A stretch of 64,000 nucleotides of DNA from Elusimicrobiales bacterium (GTDB taxonomy: Bacteria; Elusimicrobiota; Elusimicrobia; Elusimicrobiales; UBA9959). The notes under the pieces are model-generated. The model was not told the origin of the DNA and did no database searches. It saw nothing but the letters and a program-made list of their open reading frames with translations. Where the stretch lies: positions 3,578 to 67,577 of the forward strand of contig JBMFKQ010000002.1 in the NCBI GenBank assembly GCA_049972095.1, given 5' to 3'. Made by a program: the position numbers and the translations under genes. Below are positions 19,057 through 28,134 of the stretch, in pieces (within the stretch, counting starts at the first letter, position 1; the number at the start of each line of letters is the position of its first letter).

Positions 19057-19817
19057 AAAGATTTAAATGTTTCAAGTATCAACTTAAGGAGTATGATGTT
19101 TGATATTATAGCAATCATTGGCTTTATTATCCAGACACCTTTTTTAAGAGTCATATTAGCTCCAAAATAATTGCCTATCACAGAAACGAGACCCATACTA
19201 GCTCCAAGCCATAGATTAACCCTCTCAAGATATAGGAATGTTATAAGTGCTGATATGTTTGATATTAGATTTGTCAATTTAGCAAGCACAGTGCTTTTTA
19301 GTATGTCGTATCCTACAAATTTAGAATAACCTATAGCAAGAAATGTTCCTGTTCCTGGTCCCATCATACCATCGTAGAATGAAATCAATGATGAGATTAT
19401 AAATATTTTTGTAAGCTTTTCAGACTCTGTTATCATCTCGGAGGTGTCTTTAACTCCAAAATCCTTCCTTCTTATGATATAAAATGAAAGTGGCGGAAGA
19501 AAAAAGAAAAGAGCCATTTTAACCAGGTAGGATGGAAGCAGTGATATAAAATACGCACCCAGAAAAGAAAAAAGAGTAGCTGATATAAAGAGTGTTAATA
19601 CCAGTGCAGCCGAGAATCTAATCTCATCAAGATATTTAATTACTGCAGCAGCGGTTCCAATCGTTGAAGAGAGTTTATTTGTTCCAAGAAGAAGATTCTC
19701 ATCTACACCATAGTTCAGATATGCTGGCAGTGTGATTAAACCACCTCCTCCTGCTATTGAGTCCACAAAACCTGCTACAAAGACTAAAACTCCAAGGATT
19801 AGAAGCGAGCTATCCAT
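19053..19817 (-). CDS. TSUP (TauE/SafE) family membrane transporter
   Basis: Start moved to the internal Met (MDSSLLILGVLVF). This removes the overlap with the divergent gene and gives a typical length of about 255 aa. GGGG-containing TM1 (IAGGGGLITLP) and a repeated 4-TM architecture. Confidence 0.75.
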   Translation of the reverse strand: MDSSLLILGVLVFVAGFVDSIAGGGGLITLPAYLNYGVDENLLLGTNKLSSTIGTAAAVIKYLDEIRFSAALVLTLFISATLFSFLGAYFISLLPSYLVKMALFFFLPPLSFYIIRRKDFGVKDTSEMITESEKLTKIFIISSLISFYDGMMGPGTGTFLAIGYSKFVGYDILKSTVLAKLTNLISNISALITFLYLERVNLWLGASMGLVSVIGNYFGANMTLKKGVWIIKPMIAIISNIILLKLILETFKSL

Positions 19818-19879
19818 AAGATAAATTTTAGCAAATATAATATAATTAATAGAAAGAGGATAATTAGAGGTAGTTCCAA

Positions 19880-20983
19880 ATGAAGCTACTTTTTCTTTTA
19901 CTTTCATTTGTCTTCCCATCAGAGATAGGTTTTGGACCTTATATAAATGCTGTCACTGATTCATCTGCTATCATAAAATATGGGTTTAAAAGGCCATCGA
20001 TTAGTTGGGTTAGCTGGGGTATTTCACCTAAGTGTGATATGTATATGACATTTTTTGCTCCTCAAAAATCCTTAACCCTTCCACTCTATGCACTTCAGCC
20101 AGGTAAAGAATACTGTTATAGAATATATCTTCCCATAGAAAACTCAACCTTTAGCTACATTGCCTCATCCTCAACTTTTATGCCTTTCAACATATCATCC
20201 ACATCATCATTTAGTTTTGTTGTTTTTACAGATCTTAATTCAGGTTATTCTTATGAATTAGATAATCTATTAAAGAAGATTATGGAAGATAATATAATGT
20301 TTTCGGTTTATTATGGAAGTATGACGAAAACTGACAATGGATACTATCAGTTTTTTTCAAGATATGCTTATTTTATTAAGAAGATTCCTTTTTACATTCC
20401 AGTAATTGAACATAATTTTGATTATCAAACCTCTTTTGCTGTGAAAGATTTTGCCCGTTTTTTTTATTTTTCCTATCATGGAAATTCTCCATACTACTAC
20501 TATTTTGATAATAGTAATGCAAGATTTGTTTTTGTCGATCTGATAAAATCAAGCCAGAGTCCGAGATTTCTTGCCGATCAGCTTGAATGGCTTGAAAAAA
20601 CTCTTTCATCAAATAAAAAAGACTGGCTTTTTATTATTTTAAATGATAGCCTTTTTTCATCTAACCTTCCAGGAATTAAAAAGATCTCTCAAACAATAAT
20701 TAAATCAAAGCCGGATTTTATAATTCAGTATGGAAACAAAACCTACAGGAGAGAGAAAATCTACTACGATGACTCTCATTTTGAAGCTATTCTAATAACT
20801 ATTGGAGAAAAACAGATTTTAAACTATGATGAAATTCAATCTGGCGAAGGAAGAATGATTGTGAGTGAATTTGAAACCAATGAGGATGGGGTGCTAAAAA
20901 TATCAGTTGACTCTTTAAAAACCGAGTTGGGCTATTTTAATTTAGATATAAAAAAACTTGACAGCCTTGTTTATCAAAGGTGA
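19880..20983 (+). CDS. Purple-acid-phosphatase-like protein with degenerate metallophosphoesterase motifs
   Basis: Signal peptide and a PAP N-terminal beta-domain pattern (VTDSSAIIKYG...LQPGKEYCYRIY). The phosphoesterase motifs appear only as FTDLNSG, YYGSM, IEHNFD and ILNDS. Confidence 0.55.
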   Translation: MKLLFLLLSFVFPSEIGFGPYINAVTDSSAIIKYGFKRPSISWVSWGISPKCDMYMTFFAPQKSLTLPLYALQPGKEYCYRIYLPIENSTFSYIASSSTFMPFNISSTSSFSFVVFTDLNSGYSYELDNLLKKIMEDNIMFSVYYGSMTKTDNGYYQFFSRYAYFIKKIPFYIPVIEHNFDYQTSFAVKDFARFFYFSYHGNSPYYYYFDNSNARFVFVDLIKSSQSPRFLADQLEWLEKTLSSNKKDWLFIILNDSLFSSNLPGIKKISQTIIKSKPDFIIQYGNKTYRREKIYYDDSHFEAILITIGEKQILNYDEIQSGEGRMIVSEFETNEDGVLKISVDSLKTELGYFNLDIKKLDSLVYQR

Positions 20984-20987
20984 AAAA

Positions 20988-20996
20988 TGATATAAT
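20988..20996 (+). promoter_or_regulatory. Candidate extended -10 (TGaTATAAT) directly abutting tRNA-Met
   Basis: TGnTATAAT ends 5 nt before the tRNA 5' end. The predicted +1 is at about 21003. Confidence 0.35.
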
Positions 20997-21001
20997 ATAT
21001 T

Positions 21002-21078
21002 TGCGGGGTAGAGCAGCCCGGTAGCTCGCCAGGCCCATAACCTGGAGGTCGTAGGTTCAAATCCTACCCCCGCAACCA
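21002..21078 (+). tRNA. tRNA-Met (anticodon CAT), initiator-like backbone, CCA encoded
   Basis: 77 nt, almost colinear with classic bacterial tRNA-fMet (GCGGGG..AGCAGCC.GGTAGCTCG....CATAACC...AGGTCG..GGTTCAAATCC..CCCCGCAACCA). Position 1 (T) can pair with A72, and only 2 of the 3 hallmark G:C pairs are in the anticodon stem. Initiator, elongator or Ile2 identity is therefore unresolved. Confidence 0.85.
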
Positions 21079-21179
21079 CCCTCCCTAATTCAAAATTTAA
21101 GCTCGTTGTTTTATTTTTTGCTTCTCACATTCCAGGTTTTACATAAAAAAAGGAAATTTTATTTTTGTAAAATATCCTT

Positions 21180-22103
21180 ATGAGTGAATATAACATATTA
21201 TGGTCTATATTTGTAATTATGGCGGTTATTCTTTTTTCTCTTGATTTCAAGCTTTCAGCTGCAAAACCTCATGAAATAACACTTAAAGAATCTTTGATAA
21301 TGTGTATGATGTGGATTAGTTTTGCGATGATTTATGGGATTTTAATCTGGCATTATCTGGGGGCTTCAAAATTTGCAGAGTATCTTACTGCTTATGTTGT
21401 AGAATACTCTCTTTCTATTGATAATATGTTTGTCTTTTTGATGATATTTTCGTATTTTGGGGTGGAAAAAAAATATCAGCCAAAGGTTCTTGTTATAGGA
21501 ATACTGAGTGCTGTAATAATGAGGATGTTTTTTATATTTGTTGGTGTAGAGGCGGTTAAAAGGTTTTCATGGCTGCTTTATATCTTTGCAGTTATACTCA
21601 TATACAGTGGATTTAAGATGTTTTCTGATAAGGTAGATAAAATAGAGCTTGATAGAAATTTAATTTTCAGGTTTATTAATAAGAAATATATACCTATTGA
21701 TATGGATATAAAAAACGGAGGTTTCTGGGTTATCAAAAATGGAAGGATTGTTTTTACATCACTTCTTGCTGTGCTTGCTGTCATTGAAACAACAGATTTG
21801 GTATTTGCTGTTGATTCTATACCAGCAGTTTTATCTATTTCTCGTGATAGACTTGTTGTTTATTCATCAAATATATTTGCGGTCATAGGATTAAGAAGTC
21901 TTTATTTTTCACTTGCAGCATTAAATGATTATTTTAGATATCTCAAACAAGGAGTATCTGTTGTTTTAATTTACATAGGTTTAAAAATGCTTTTATCAAA
22001 ATTTGTTCATATACAACCATTTACATCACTTATAATTGTCTTAACAATACTTTTATTCTCCATGATTATTTCGGTTATAAAAAAGATTGATTATAATGGT
22101 TAA
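21180..22103 (+). CDS. TerC-family integral membrane protein
   Basis: 307 aa, polytopic. Has the hallmark EYSLSIDNMFVF and a second repeat with DLVFAVDSIPAV. Confidence 0.85.
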   Translation: MSEYNILWSIFVIMAVILFSLDFKLSAAKPHEITLKESLIMCMMWISFAMIYGILIWHYLGASKFAEYLTAYVVEYSLSIDNMFVFLMIFSYFGVEKKYQPKVLVIGILSAVIMRMFFIFVGVEAVKRFSWLLYIFAVILIYSGFKMFSDKVDKIELDRNLIFRFINKKYIPIDMDIKNGGFWVIKNGRIVFTSLLAVLAVIETTDLVFAVDSIPAVLSISRDRLVVYSSNIFAVIGLRSLYFSLAALNDYFRYLKQGVSVVLIYIGLKMLLSKFVHIQPFTSLIIVLTILLFSMIISVIKKIDYNG

Positions 22104-22134
22104 AAATATGCTATCATATATCTAAGGAGGGAAG

Positions 22135-22854
22135 ATGAAAAAAATATCAACATTTATGATGGTTGTTTTTTTGTCTACGGCTCTTGTCAGTTCCCAGGAT
22201 AAAAAGGATATTAAAGATGTTCGATCATCTGCATATATGCTTGGTGTTGCAATGACAAGAAATATCTCAGCTTATGATTTTTCAAAACAAGAAATTAATG
22301 ATATGATAAAGGGTTTCTCTGATGGTCTTAGGAATAAACCTGATTATAGAAATACTGTTGATTATAATAAGGTAAATGAGATGATCAAAGCTAAGAAGAA
22401 TGAGCTAATGAAGAAAAACAAAAAAAAGGGTGAAGAGTATCTTAAAAAACTTTCCTCTCAACCCAATGCAGCTGTTATTGATAATGGCATTGTTTATGTA
22501 AGAACTACAGAAGGAAAAGGTGCTTCACCATCAGAAAATGATACTGTGAAGGTTCATTACTCGGGCAAGCTTATAGATGGAAAGGAGTTTGATAGCTCTT
22601 ATAAAAAAAATCAGCCAGCTGAGTTTAAGCTCAACAGTGTAATTCCGTGCTGGACAAAGGCTATTACAAAGATGAAGGTTGGTGAAAAGGCAACAATAGG
22701 ATGTCCTTCAGATACAGCATATGGTGATAATGGAATAGAGATGGTTATACCACCAGGCTCCACCCTTATTTTTGATGTTGAGCTTCTTGATATAGTAAAG
22801 GAAAATAAAGCTGATAATATAGCAAATGATACAGTGAAGAAAGAGGACAAATAG
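22135..22854 (+). CDS. FKBP-type peptidyl-prolyl isomerase (FkpA/Mip-like, periplasmic)
   Basis: Signal peptide, helical N-domain, and an FKBP core VHYSGKLIDGKEFDSS...GEKATIGCPSDTAYG...IPPGSTLIFDVELL. Confidence 0.9.
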   Translation: MKKISTFMMVVFLSTALVSSQDKKDIKDVRSSAYMLGVAMTRNISAYDFSKQEINDMIKGFSDGLRNKPDYRNTVDYNKVNEMIKAKKNELMKKNKKKGEEYLKKLSSQPNAAVIDNGIVYVRTTEGKGASPSENDTVKVHYSGKLIDGKEFDSSYKKNQPAEFKLNSVIPCWTKAITKMKVGEKATIGCPSDTAYGDNGIEMVIPPGSTLIFDVELLDIVKENKADNIANDTVKKEDK

Positions 22855-22861
22855 TTATACT

Positions 22862-23842
22862 ATGAGGAGAAAGTTTGATATAGTTCTTTTAACGGCTTTG
22901 CCGGCATCAGGAAAATCTGAGGTGAGGAGATTTTTAAAACATCTTTCTTCAGATGAGCTTTTAAATGAGTTTTATATAGGCAAAGTCATAGAGATAGATG
23001 ATTTTCCTTATGTTCATATGATGAGAAGAATAGATGATGAGCTTGCAAAAAATGGAATTGAAAGAGTCTTTTTTCACTCACCAGAAAAATCCTTTAAAAA
23101 TCCTTACGATTGGGGAACTCTTATCGAGCTAATAAATATGGATTACAGGGATTTGGTTTCAAAGAGAAGATATGATGAGGATGCCGGCATGTGGCTCATT
23201 AAAAGAATAGATGAAGCTGCAAGAAGGGTGGGGATAAAACCAAGACTTGGTGAGATTGACAGAACAAGCCTAAAAAGAATTTCAGATTCTATTAGAAAGG
23301 AAGCACAGGATATACTTGAAGAAAAATACTCATATTATACTGATGATCTTTCAGACAAAACTATAATTATAGAATTTGCAAGAGGTGGCCCTCATGGTTC
23401 ATCAATGCCTCTTAAAGAGCCCTTCGGCTATGCCTATTCATTTTCTATGCTTGATGAGGAGATTCTAAAGAGATCTGTAATACTCTATATCTGGACTACA
23501 CCTGAGGAGTCAAGGAGAAAAAATCAGCAAAGGGCAGATCCAAATGATCCCGGATCAATACTTCACCATGGTGTTCCAATAGAGGTTATGCTCAATGATT
23601 ATGGATGTGATGATATATTTTATCTTGCAGAAAAATCAGAGATGAGGAATACAATAACTGTAGACAAAAATAAAAAGAAATATTATCTACCTTTTGCTTA
23701 CTTTGATAATAGGATTGATAAAACAAGCTTTCTAAGAGATGAGGTTTCTAAATGGCCTGGTGAAAAACTCAAGGAAATAAGGGATATACTAAAATCAGCA
23801 ATGGATAATCTTTATAATAACTTGATTGCAAACAAAAGATAA
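22862..23842 (+). CDS. P-loop kinase-like protein of unknown function
   Basis: 326 aa. Walker-A-like LTALPASGKSE resembles the LPARGKT variant of 6-phosphofructo-2-kinase-type kinases, and IIIEFARGG is a possible Walker-B/lid region. No further recognisable domain. Confidence 0.4.
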   Translation: MRRKFDIVLLTALPASGKSEVRRFLKHLSSDELLNEFYIGKVIEIDDFPYVHMMRRIDDELAKNGIERVFFHSPEKSFKNPYDWGTLIELINMDYRDLVSKRRYDEDAGMWLIKRIDEAARRVGIKPRLGEIDRTSLKRISDSIRKEAQDILEEKYSYYTDDLSDKTIIIEFARGGPHGSSMPLKEPFGYAYSFSMLDEEILKRSVILYIWTTPEESRRKNQQRADPNDPGSILHHGVPIEVMLNDYGCDDIFYLAEKSEMRNTITVDKNKKKYYLPFAYFDNRIDKTSFLRDEVSKWPGEKLKEIRDILKSAMDNLYNNLIANKR

Positions 23843-23932
23843 TCTACTTTGAAAGACTTTTTTTGAAACTCCAGATTGTAATTCCAATTATAAGAGACCA
23901 GCCTATTATCATAAAAATCCATCCACTTGTTT

Positions 23933-25459
23933 TCATATCTGAGCTCCTTTGTTTTTCAATGATCTTTTTACTAATAGTGCAACATAGAGGAACAAGATTA
24001 TTATTGATAGCCTACATACCCATTGGTATATATTGGCTTCTATTATCTTTGAGAAATCCTGATATATCCATGAGATCATCAATATAGCTATGTATAAAGG
24101 CGAGATGTACTTGAGTAGAAATATGAAGATGTAAGGGACATTAAATTTTGCTCCCTTATTTATCTCTTCGTATGCATTTTTCTCTCCAAATATCCATGTA
24201 AAGATGATAATCTCTATAAGGGCAAATAGGGTTATCCCAAATGTTCCAGCCCAGAAATCAAAATCATCAACTATACCATATCTTAATCCAAAGATTGCGA
24301 TATTGCAGCCTATAAATGTTATGATTAGAGTATGTATCACTGCTTTTTTATGGGACCAGCCGAGTTCATCCTTCAGAAATGATATAAATGGCTGTATCAG
24401 AGCAATACTAGAGGTTATACCCGCTATAAAAAGTAAGAAAAACCATATAAAACCTAAAAATTCTCCAAGTGGAAGTTTTGTAAATATTATGGGAAGTGAT
24501 ACGAAGCCCAGGTTGAATGCACCACTTTTTGCTATATCTACTGTGCCGGTGTATCCATAAAAGGCATATGCTACTGGGATTGCAATAGATCCCCCAAATA
24601 TAACCTCTGCAAACTCATTAGTCATAACAGTTGAAAGTCCGGTTGCTGCTATATCATCATCTTTTTTAAGATAACTTGCATAGCACATTATTGATCCAAA
24701 ACCTATGGAGGTTGTAAAAAAGATTTGTCCTGCAGCTTGAAGCCATATCTTTGCGTCAGTTAGTTTTGAAAAATCTGGATTCCAAATAAATCCCAAACCA
24801 TTTATGACATTATTCTCTGGTATTGATGGGTCGGGGGTACCAAGTGTGAACACTCTTATAGTCAGTATTAGAGCAAAAAGAAATAGGATAGGCATTCCTA
24901 TAAGAGCAATCCTTTCTATTCCCTTTGAAATACCACCTGAAACTACAAGGAAGTTGAGTGAAAATGTAATTAAGAAAAATAAATAGGCTGATACTGTAAC
25001 ACCTATTGGAGAGTTTAGTCCTTGAAAGTTTTTAAGAAAATCTGTCATTAGGGTTTGTGAGGAGAGGTTGAAGTATTCTCGTTGGATTGAAAAAAAACTG
25101 TACGCTAATGTCCAGGATTCTATATATATGTAGTAGAAGGCAACTAATAATGGAAATATTAGCCCAAGTATTCCAATATATCTAGTAGATGGATTTTTAG
25201 TTATGCAATGAAATATTCCAACAGCATTACCATGTCCTTTTGACCCACCATATCTACCAAGAGCCCATTCCGCCCACATTACCGGTATTGCAAGGATGAC
25301 AAGTGAAATAAAGTAGGGTATCATAAAAGCTCCGCCGCCGTTTTGTGCTGCTTGAACAGGAAATCTTAAGAAGTTTCCAAGTCCAATTGCATTTCCGGCC
25401 ATAGCCAGGATTATCCCAATTTTTGTAGCCCATCTCTCTCTGTTTTTGTTGTTTTGCAT
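23933..25459 (-). CDS. Sodium-dependent neurotransmitter:sodium symporter family (NSS/SNF) transporter
   Basis: 508 aa with about 12 TM segments. Has the diagnostic N-terminus RERWATKIGIILAMAGNAIGLGNFLRFP. Confidence 0.9.
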   Translation of the reverse strand: MQNNKNRERWATKIGIILAMAGNAIGLGNFLRFPVQAAQNGGGAFMIPYFISLVILAIPVMWAEWALGRYGGSKGHGNAVGIFHCITKNPSTRYIGILGLIFPLLVAFYYIYIESWTLAYSFFSIQREYFNLSSQTLMTDFLKNFQGLNSPIGVTVSAYLFFLITFSLNFLVVSGGISKGIERIALIGMPILFLFALILTIRVFTLGTPDPSIPENNVINGLGFIWNPDFSKLTDAKIWLQAAGQIFFTTSIGFGSIMCYASYLKKDDDIAATGLSTVMTNEFAEVIFGGSIAIPVAYAFYGYTGTVDIAKSGAFNLGFVSLPIIFTKLPLGEFLGFIWFFLLFIAGITSSIALIQPFISFLKDELGWSHKKAVIHTLIITFIGCNIAIFGLRYGIVDDFDFWAGTFGITLFALIEIIIFTWIFGEKNAYEEINKGAKFNVPYIFIFLLKYISPLYIAILMISWIYQDFSKIIEANIYQWVCRLSIIILFLYVALLVKRSLKNKGAQI

Positions 25460-25499
25460 AAATACCCCTTGTCTGAAACAAATTTTAATTTGATAAATA

Positions 25500-25521
25500 T
25501 TATAACAAATTTTTGTTATAA
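25500..25521. repeat. Perfect 10-bp inverted repeat TTATAACAAA-tt-TTTGTTATAA in the NSS / tRNA-Thr divergent control region
   Basis: Read directly. The right arm overlaps a TATAAT hexamer (25517-25522) that lies 38 nt upstream of tRNA-Thr. Any regulatory role is inferred only. Confidence 0.5.
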
Positions 25522-25559
25522 TTTATTTGTAATTTAGAATTTACAATTTTGATTTATAA

Positions 25560-25633
25560 GCCAGGGTAGCTTAATTGGTTAGAGCAGCGGTTTCGTAAAC
25601 CGCAGGTTGAGGGTTCGATTCCCTTCCCTGGCT
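25560..25633 (+). tRNA. tRNA-Thr (anticodon CGT)
   Basis: Acceptor GCCAGGG/CCCTGGC, anticodon arm GCGGT-TTCGTAA-ACCGC, T arm GAGGGTTCGATTCCCTT. No CCA is encoded. Confidence 0.9.
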
Positions 25634-25712
25634 TGATGATGCTGAAAAGGTGTGGTTTAAGGTTTTGTGATGAGTAAAGCTTAGTTGAGATTTTTTCTAA
25701 GGAGATTTAACA

Positions 25713-28133
25713 ATGAATAATGATATACTTAAAGAGATAAAGCAGCCACCTGCAGTTTATGATCTTAGAAAGGCTTTGCAGATTTTTATTCCATTTCTTT
25801 ATCTAATGATATCGTCAGCATTTTATCTAAGAACCTATGACTCAGCTCAGGTTAAGATAACACTTCTACAAATGGGAGGAATAACAATCGCTGCTATGTG
25901 GTTTTCACTTATCATTCTTGAAGGTAAAAGAGCATTTTCAAGAGATGATTTTTTGTTTCTTTCTCCCTTTATGACATACTTCATTTATATTATATTTTCA
26001 TTCATTAATGTTCCATATAAAGAATGGTCACTTGATGATTTTGTAAGGTATCTTATATATACCCTTATTTCCCTTGTTGTTATAAGGGAGTTTGACTCAC
26101 AAGCTATAGAGAGATTAACAAAGATATTGATAGTATCAGCTTGGATAGCAGCATTCTATGGAATAGTTCAGTGGATTGATGTAACTTTTTTCCCTAAAGA
26201 AAAATACCCATTAAATGGTTTTGACCCCTTTATATGGCGGGGAGCTTTTGGAAACAGAATATTTTCAACCTATGGAAACCCAAACTTTTTCGCAAATTAT
26301 ATGGTCCTCATGCTTCCGATAATAATGACAAGATTTTTAAAGACCAGATTTATACCTCATCTTATACTTGCAGTCATTGATGTCTTTTGTGTGATAAATA
26401 CATATACAAAAGGTGCATGGATAGGATTTGGGATATCAACACTGCTTTTTATAGCACTCTACCTATATTACTTTACCTCTATAAGCAAGGGGTTGATAAA
26501 GAAGATATATGTAGCTCTTTTTATAATAGGTATTTTTGTAATTATTGGTGTTGTAAAATATGCTTTTGAGAAAAGTCTTACATCAGTTCCTTTCAGGGTT
26601 GCTACTTGGCTTTCAACATGGGAGATGATAGAAACGCATCCTGCTATAGGAAGCGGTGTTGGTTGTTTCAGACCACTCTATCCTGCATATAGAAGGCCTA
26701 TAATATTTCATCTTGAGGGGAAACATAACACTGAAACCGATCATGCTGAAAATGAACACCTTGAGCAGATTCTTGATAACGGAATAATAGGAGCAGGGAT
26801 ATTTTACTGGATAATCATATTCGTTAGCATAACAGCGTTGAGAGCAATAAAGAGGAAGGTTGAAGAGGGTAATAAACAAACTGCTTATGATATACTTGGA
26901 TATCTTGTTTCCTTTTTAGCTATGCTTATACACAACTTTACTGATGTCAGTATGAGGTTTGTATCCTCTGGGGTTTATCTAGGGCTTCTGCCTGCTGTTA
27001 TAATAAATCTTTCAAGAGGAAGGGCTCTTTGGGAGTTTCACTATCTTATTGATGAAAGAGACAAGTTGGATAAGGAGAAAAAAAGGAAAAATGAAGGAGA
27101 TTTGAAAGAACCAAAACTCAAGGTTATACCGATGATAATATCTTTTGTTGCTTTTGGATGCGTTCTTGTTGTGTCGTATATGATACTTTCAGAGTTTAAT
27201 GAACTTCAAGGAAGTTTTTTTAATTTTAGAACATCAGGTGAGATAATACTTTGGGCGGTATCATGGATTATAATGCTTGGGGCAATTATATACAGTGTTT
27301 ATGTCTTTTCAAAGATTATTTTTAAGACTCATAATATTTTCGTATCCATTATTCTGATAATACTCTTTATTCCTCTGCGATTTTCACCACTCTATTACTT
27401 CTGGGGCTGGTTTAAGGCTGATGTATATCACAATATAGCAATAACCTTTTCAAAGCAGGCAAAATGGGATGATGCCCTAAGATACTATCAGAAGGTTGTT
27501 TACTACAATCCAACATTTATAATGCCTTATTATTTTATGGGAAATGTTTTTACTGATAGATTTAATATGGTAAGGATATACATGCCTGAGTGGGGTGATA
27601 GGGATAAAAAGCCAAGAGATGACTTTGAAAGGGCATATGAGATGTATGAAAGGGTTAGATCCCTTGCTCCAAATTATGTTCAGATGCATTATCAAATGGG
27701 AACCCTTTATCTTAAAATGGCGGATTATCTTAGACAGCAAGGAGATTCCAAGAAAGCTTATGAATATTATGATAAGGCACTTTATAGATTTTCAATCTAT
27801 CAAAATCTTGATCCAGTATTTCCATACACCTTTTTTAGAAAGGCTCAGATATATGTTATAAAAGGGGAACTTAAAAAGGCGGAAGAGGAATATCTAAATT
27901 ACATAAATGCTTACAGATGTAATGAACACAATTTTCTTAATACTCAAAAGGTTTTTGGTAGAAAACATGAAAACCCCGAAGCATATTCAAATTTAGCAGC
28001 AATATATTATCTTATGCATGATTATAAAAAAGCGTATCAGATGTATAAAAAGGCACTTGAGATAAACCCTGATTTTGAAATAGCAAAAAGAAATATACAG
28101 ATAGTTTCATCCCTTGCTGGTATAAAAAACTGA
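25713..28133 (+). CDS. Wzy_C (O-antigen ligase / O-oligosaccharyltransferase-like) polytopic membrane protein with C-terminal TPR domain
   Basis: 806 aa with more than 10 TM helices. The Wzy_C loop motif is HPAIGSGVGCF....HAENEHLEQILDNGIIG. The C-terminal roughly 230 aa are TPR-like repeats (YYNP.., APNYVQMHYQMG.., INPDF). Confidence 0.8.
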   Translation: MNNDILKEIKQPPAVYDLRKALQIFIPFLYLMISSAFYLRTYDSAQVKITLLQMGGITIAAMWFSLIILEGKRAFSRDDFLFLSPFMTYFIYIIFSFINVPYKEWSLDDFVRYLIYTLISLVVIREFDSQAIERLTKILIVSAWIAAFYGIVQWIDVTFFPKEKYPLNGFDPFIWRGAFGNRIFSTYGNPNFFANYMVLMLPIIMTRFLKTRFIPHLILAVIDVFCVINTYTKGAWIGFGISTLLFIALYLYYFTSISKGLIKKIYVALFIIGIFVIIGVVKYAFEKSLTSVPFRVATWLSTWEMIETHPAIGSGVGCFRPLYPAYRRPIIFHLEGKHNTETDHAENEHLEQILDNGIIGAGIFYWIIIFVSITALRAIKRKVEEGNKQTAYDILGYLVSFLAMLIHNFTDVSMRFVSSGVYLGLLPAVIINLSRGRALWEFHYLIDERDKLDKEKKRKNEGDLKEPKLKVIPMIISFVAFGCVLVVSYMILSEFNELQGSFFNFRTSGEIILWAVSWIIMLGAIIYSVYVFSKIIFKTHNIFVSIILIILFIPLRFSPLYYFWGWFKADVYHNIAITFSKQAKWDDALRYYQKVVYYNPTFIMPYYFMGNVFTDRFNMVRIYMPEWGDRDKKPRDDFERAYEMYERVRSLAPNYVQMHYQMGTLYLKMADYLRQQGDSKKAYEYYDKALYRFSIYQNLDPVFPYTFFRKAQIYVIKGELKKAEEEYLNYINAYRCNEHNFLNTQKVFGRKHENPEAYSNLAAIYYLMHDYKKAYQMYKKALEINPDFEIAKRNIQIVSSLAGIKN

Positions 28134-28134
28134 G

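Noticed and set aside
19818-19919. 34-codon N-terminal extension of the TSUP gene overlapping the divergent gene start at 19880
   Set aside because: The extension is hydrophilic and atypical for TSUP proteins, and it would force overlapping divergent 5' ends. The internal Met gives a standard-length protein.
21079-21179. yybP-ykoY (manganese) riboswitch upstream of the TerC-family gene
   Set aside because: TerC genes are often preceded by this riboswitch. The 100-nt spacer here is almost pure A/T and lacks the conserved GGGGAGUAG / GACA-type cores and any convincing four-way junction.
23863-24087. 74-aa plus-strand ORF downstream of the P-loop gene
   Set aside because: It mostly overlaps the 3' end of the well-supported NSS transporter on the other strand. 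It has no ribosome binding site, and its hydrophobic composition mirrors the antisense TM codons.
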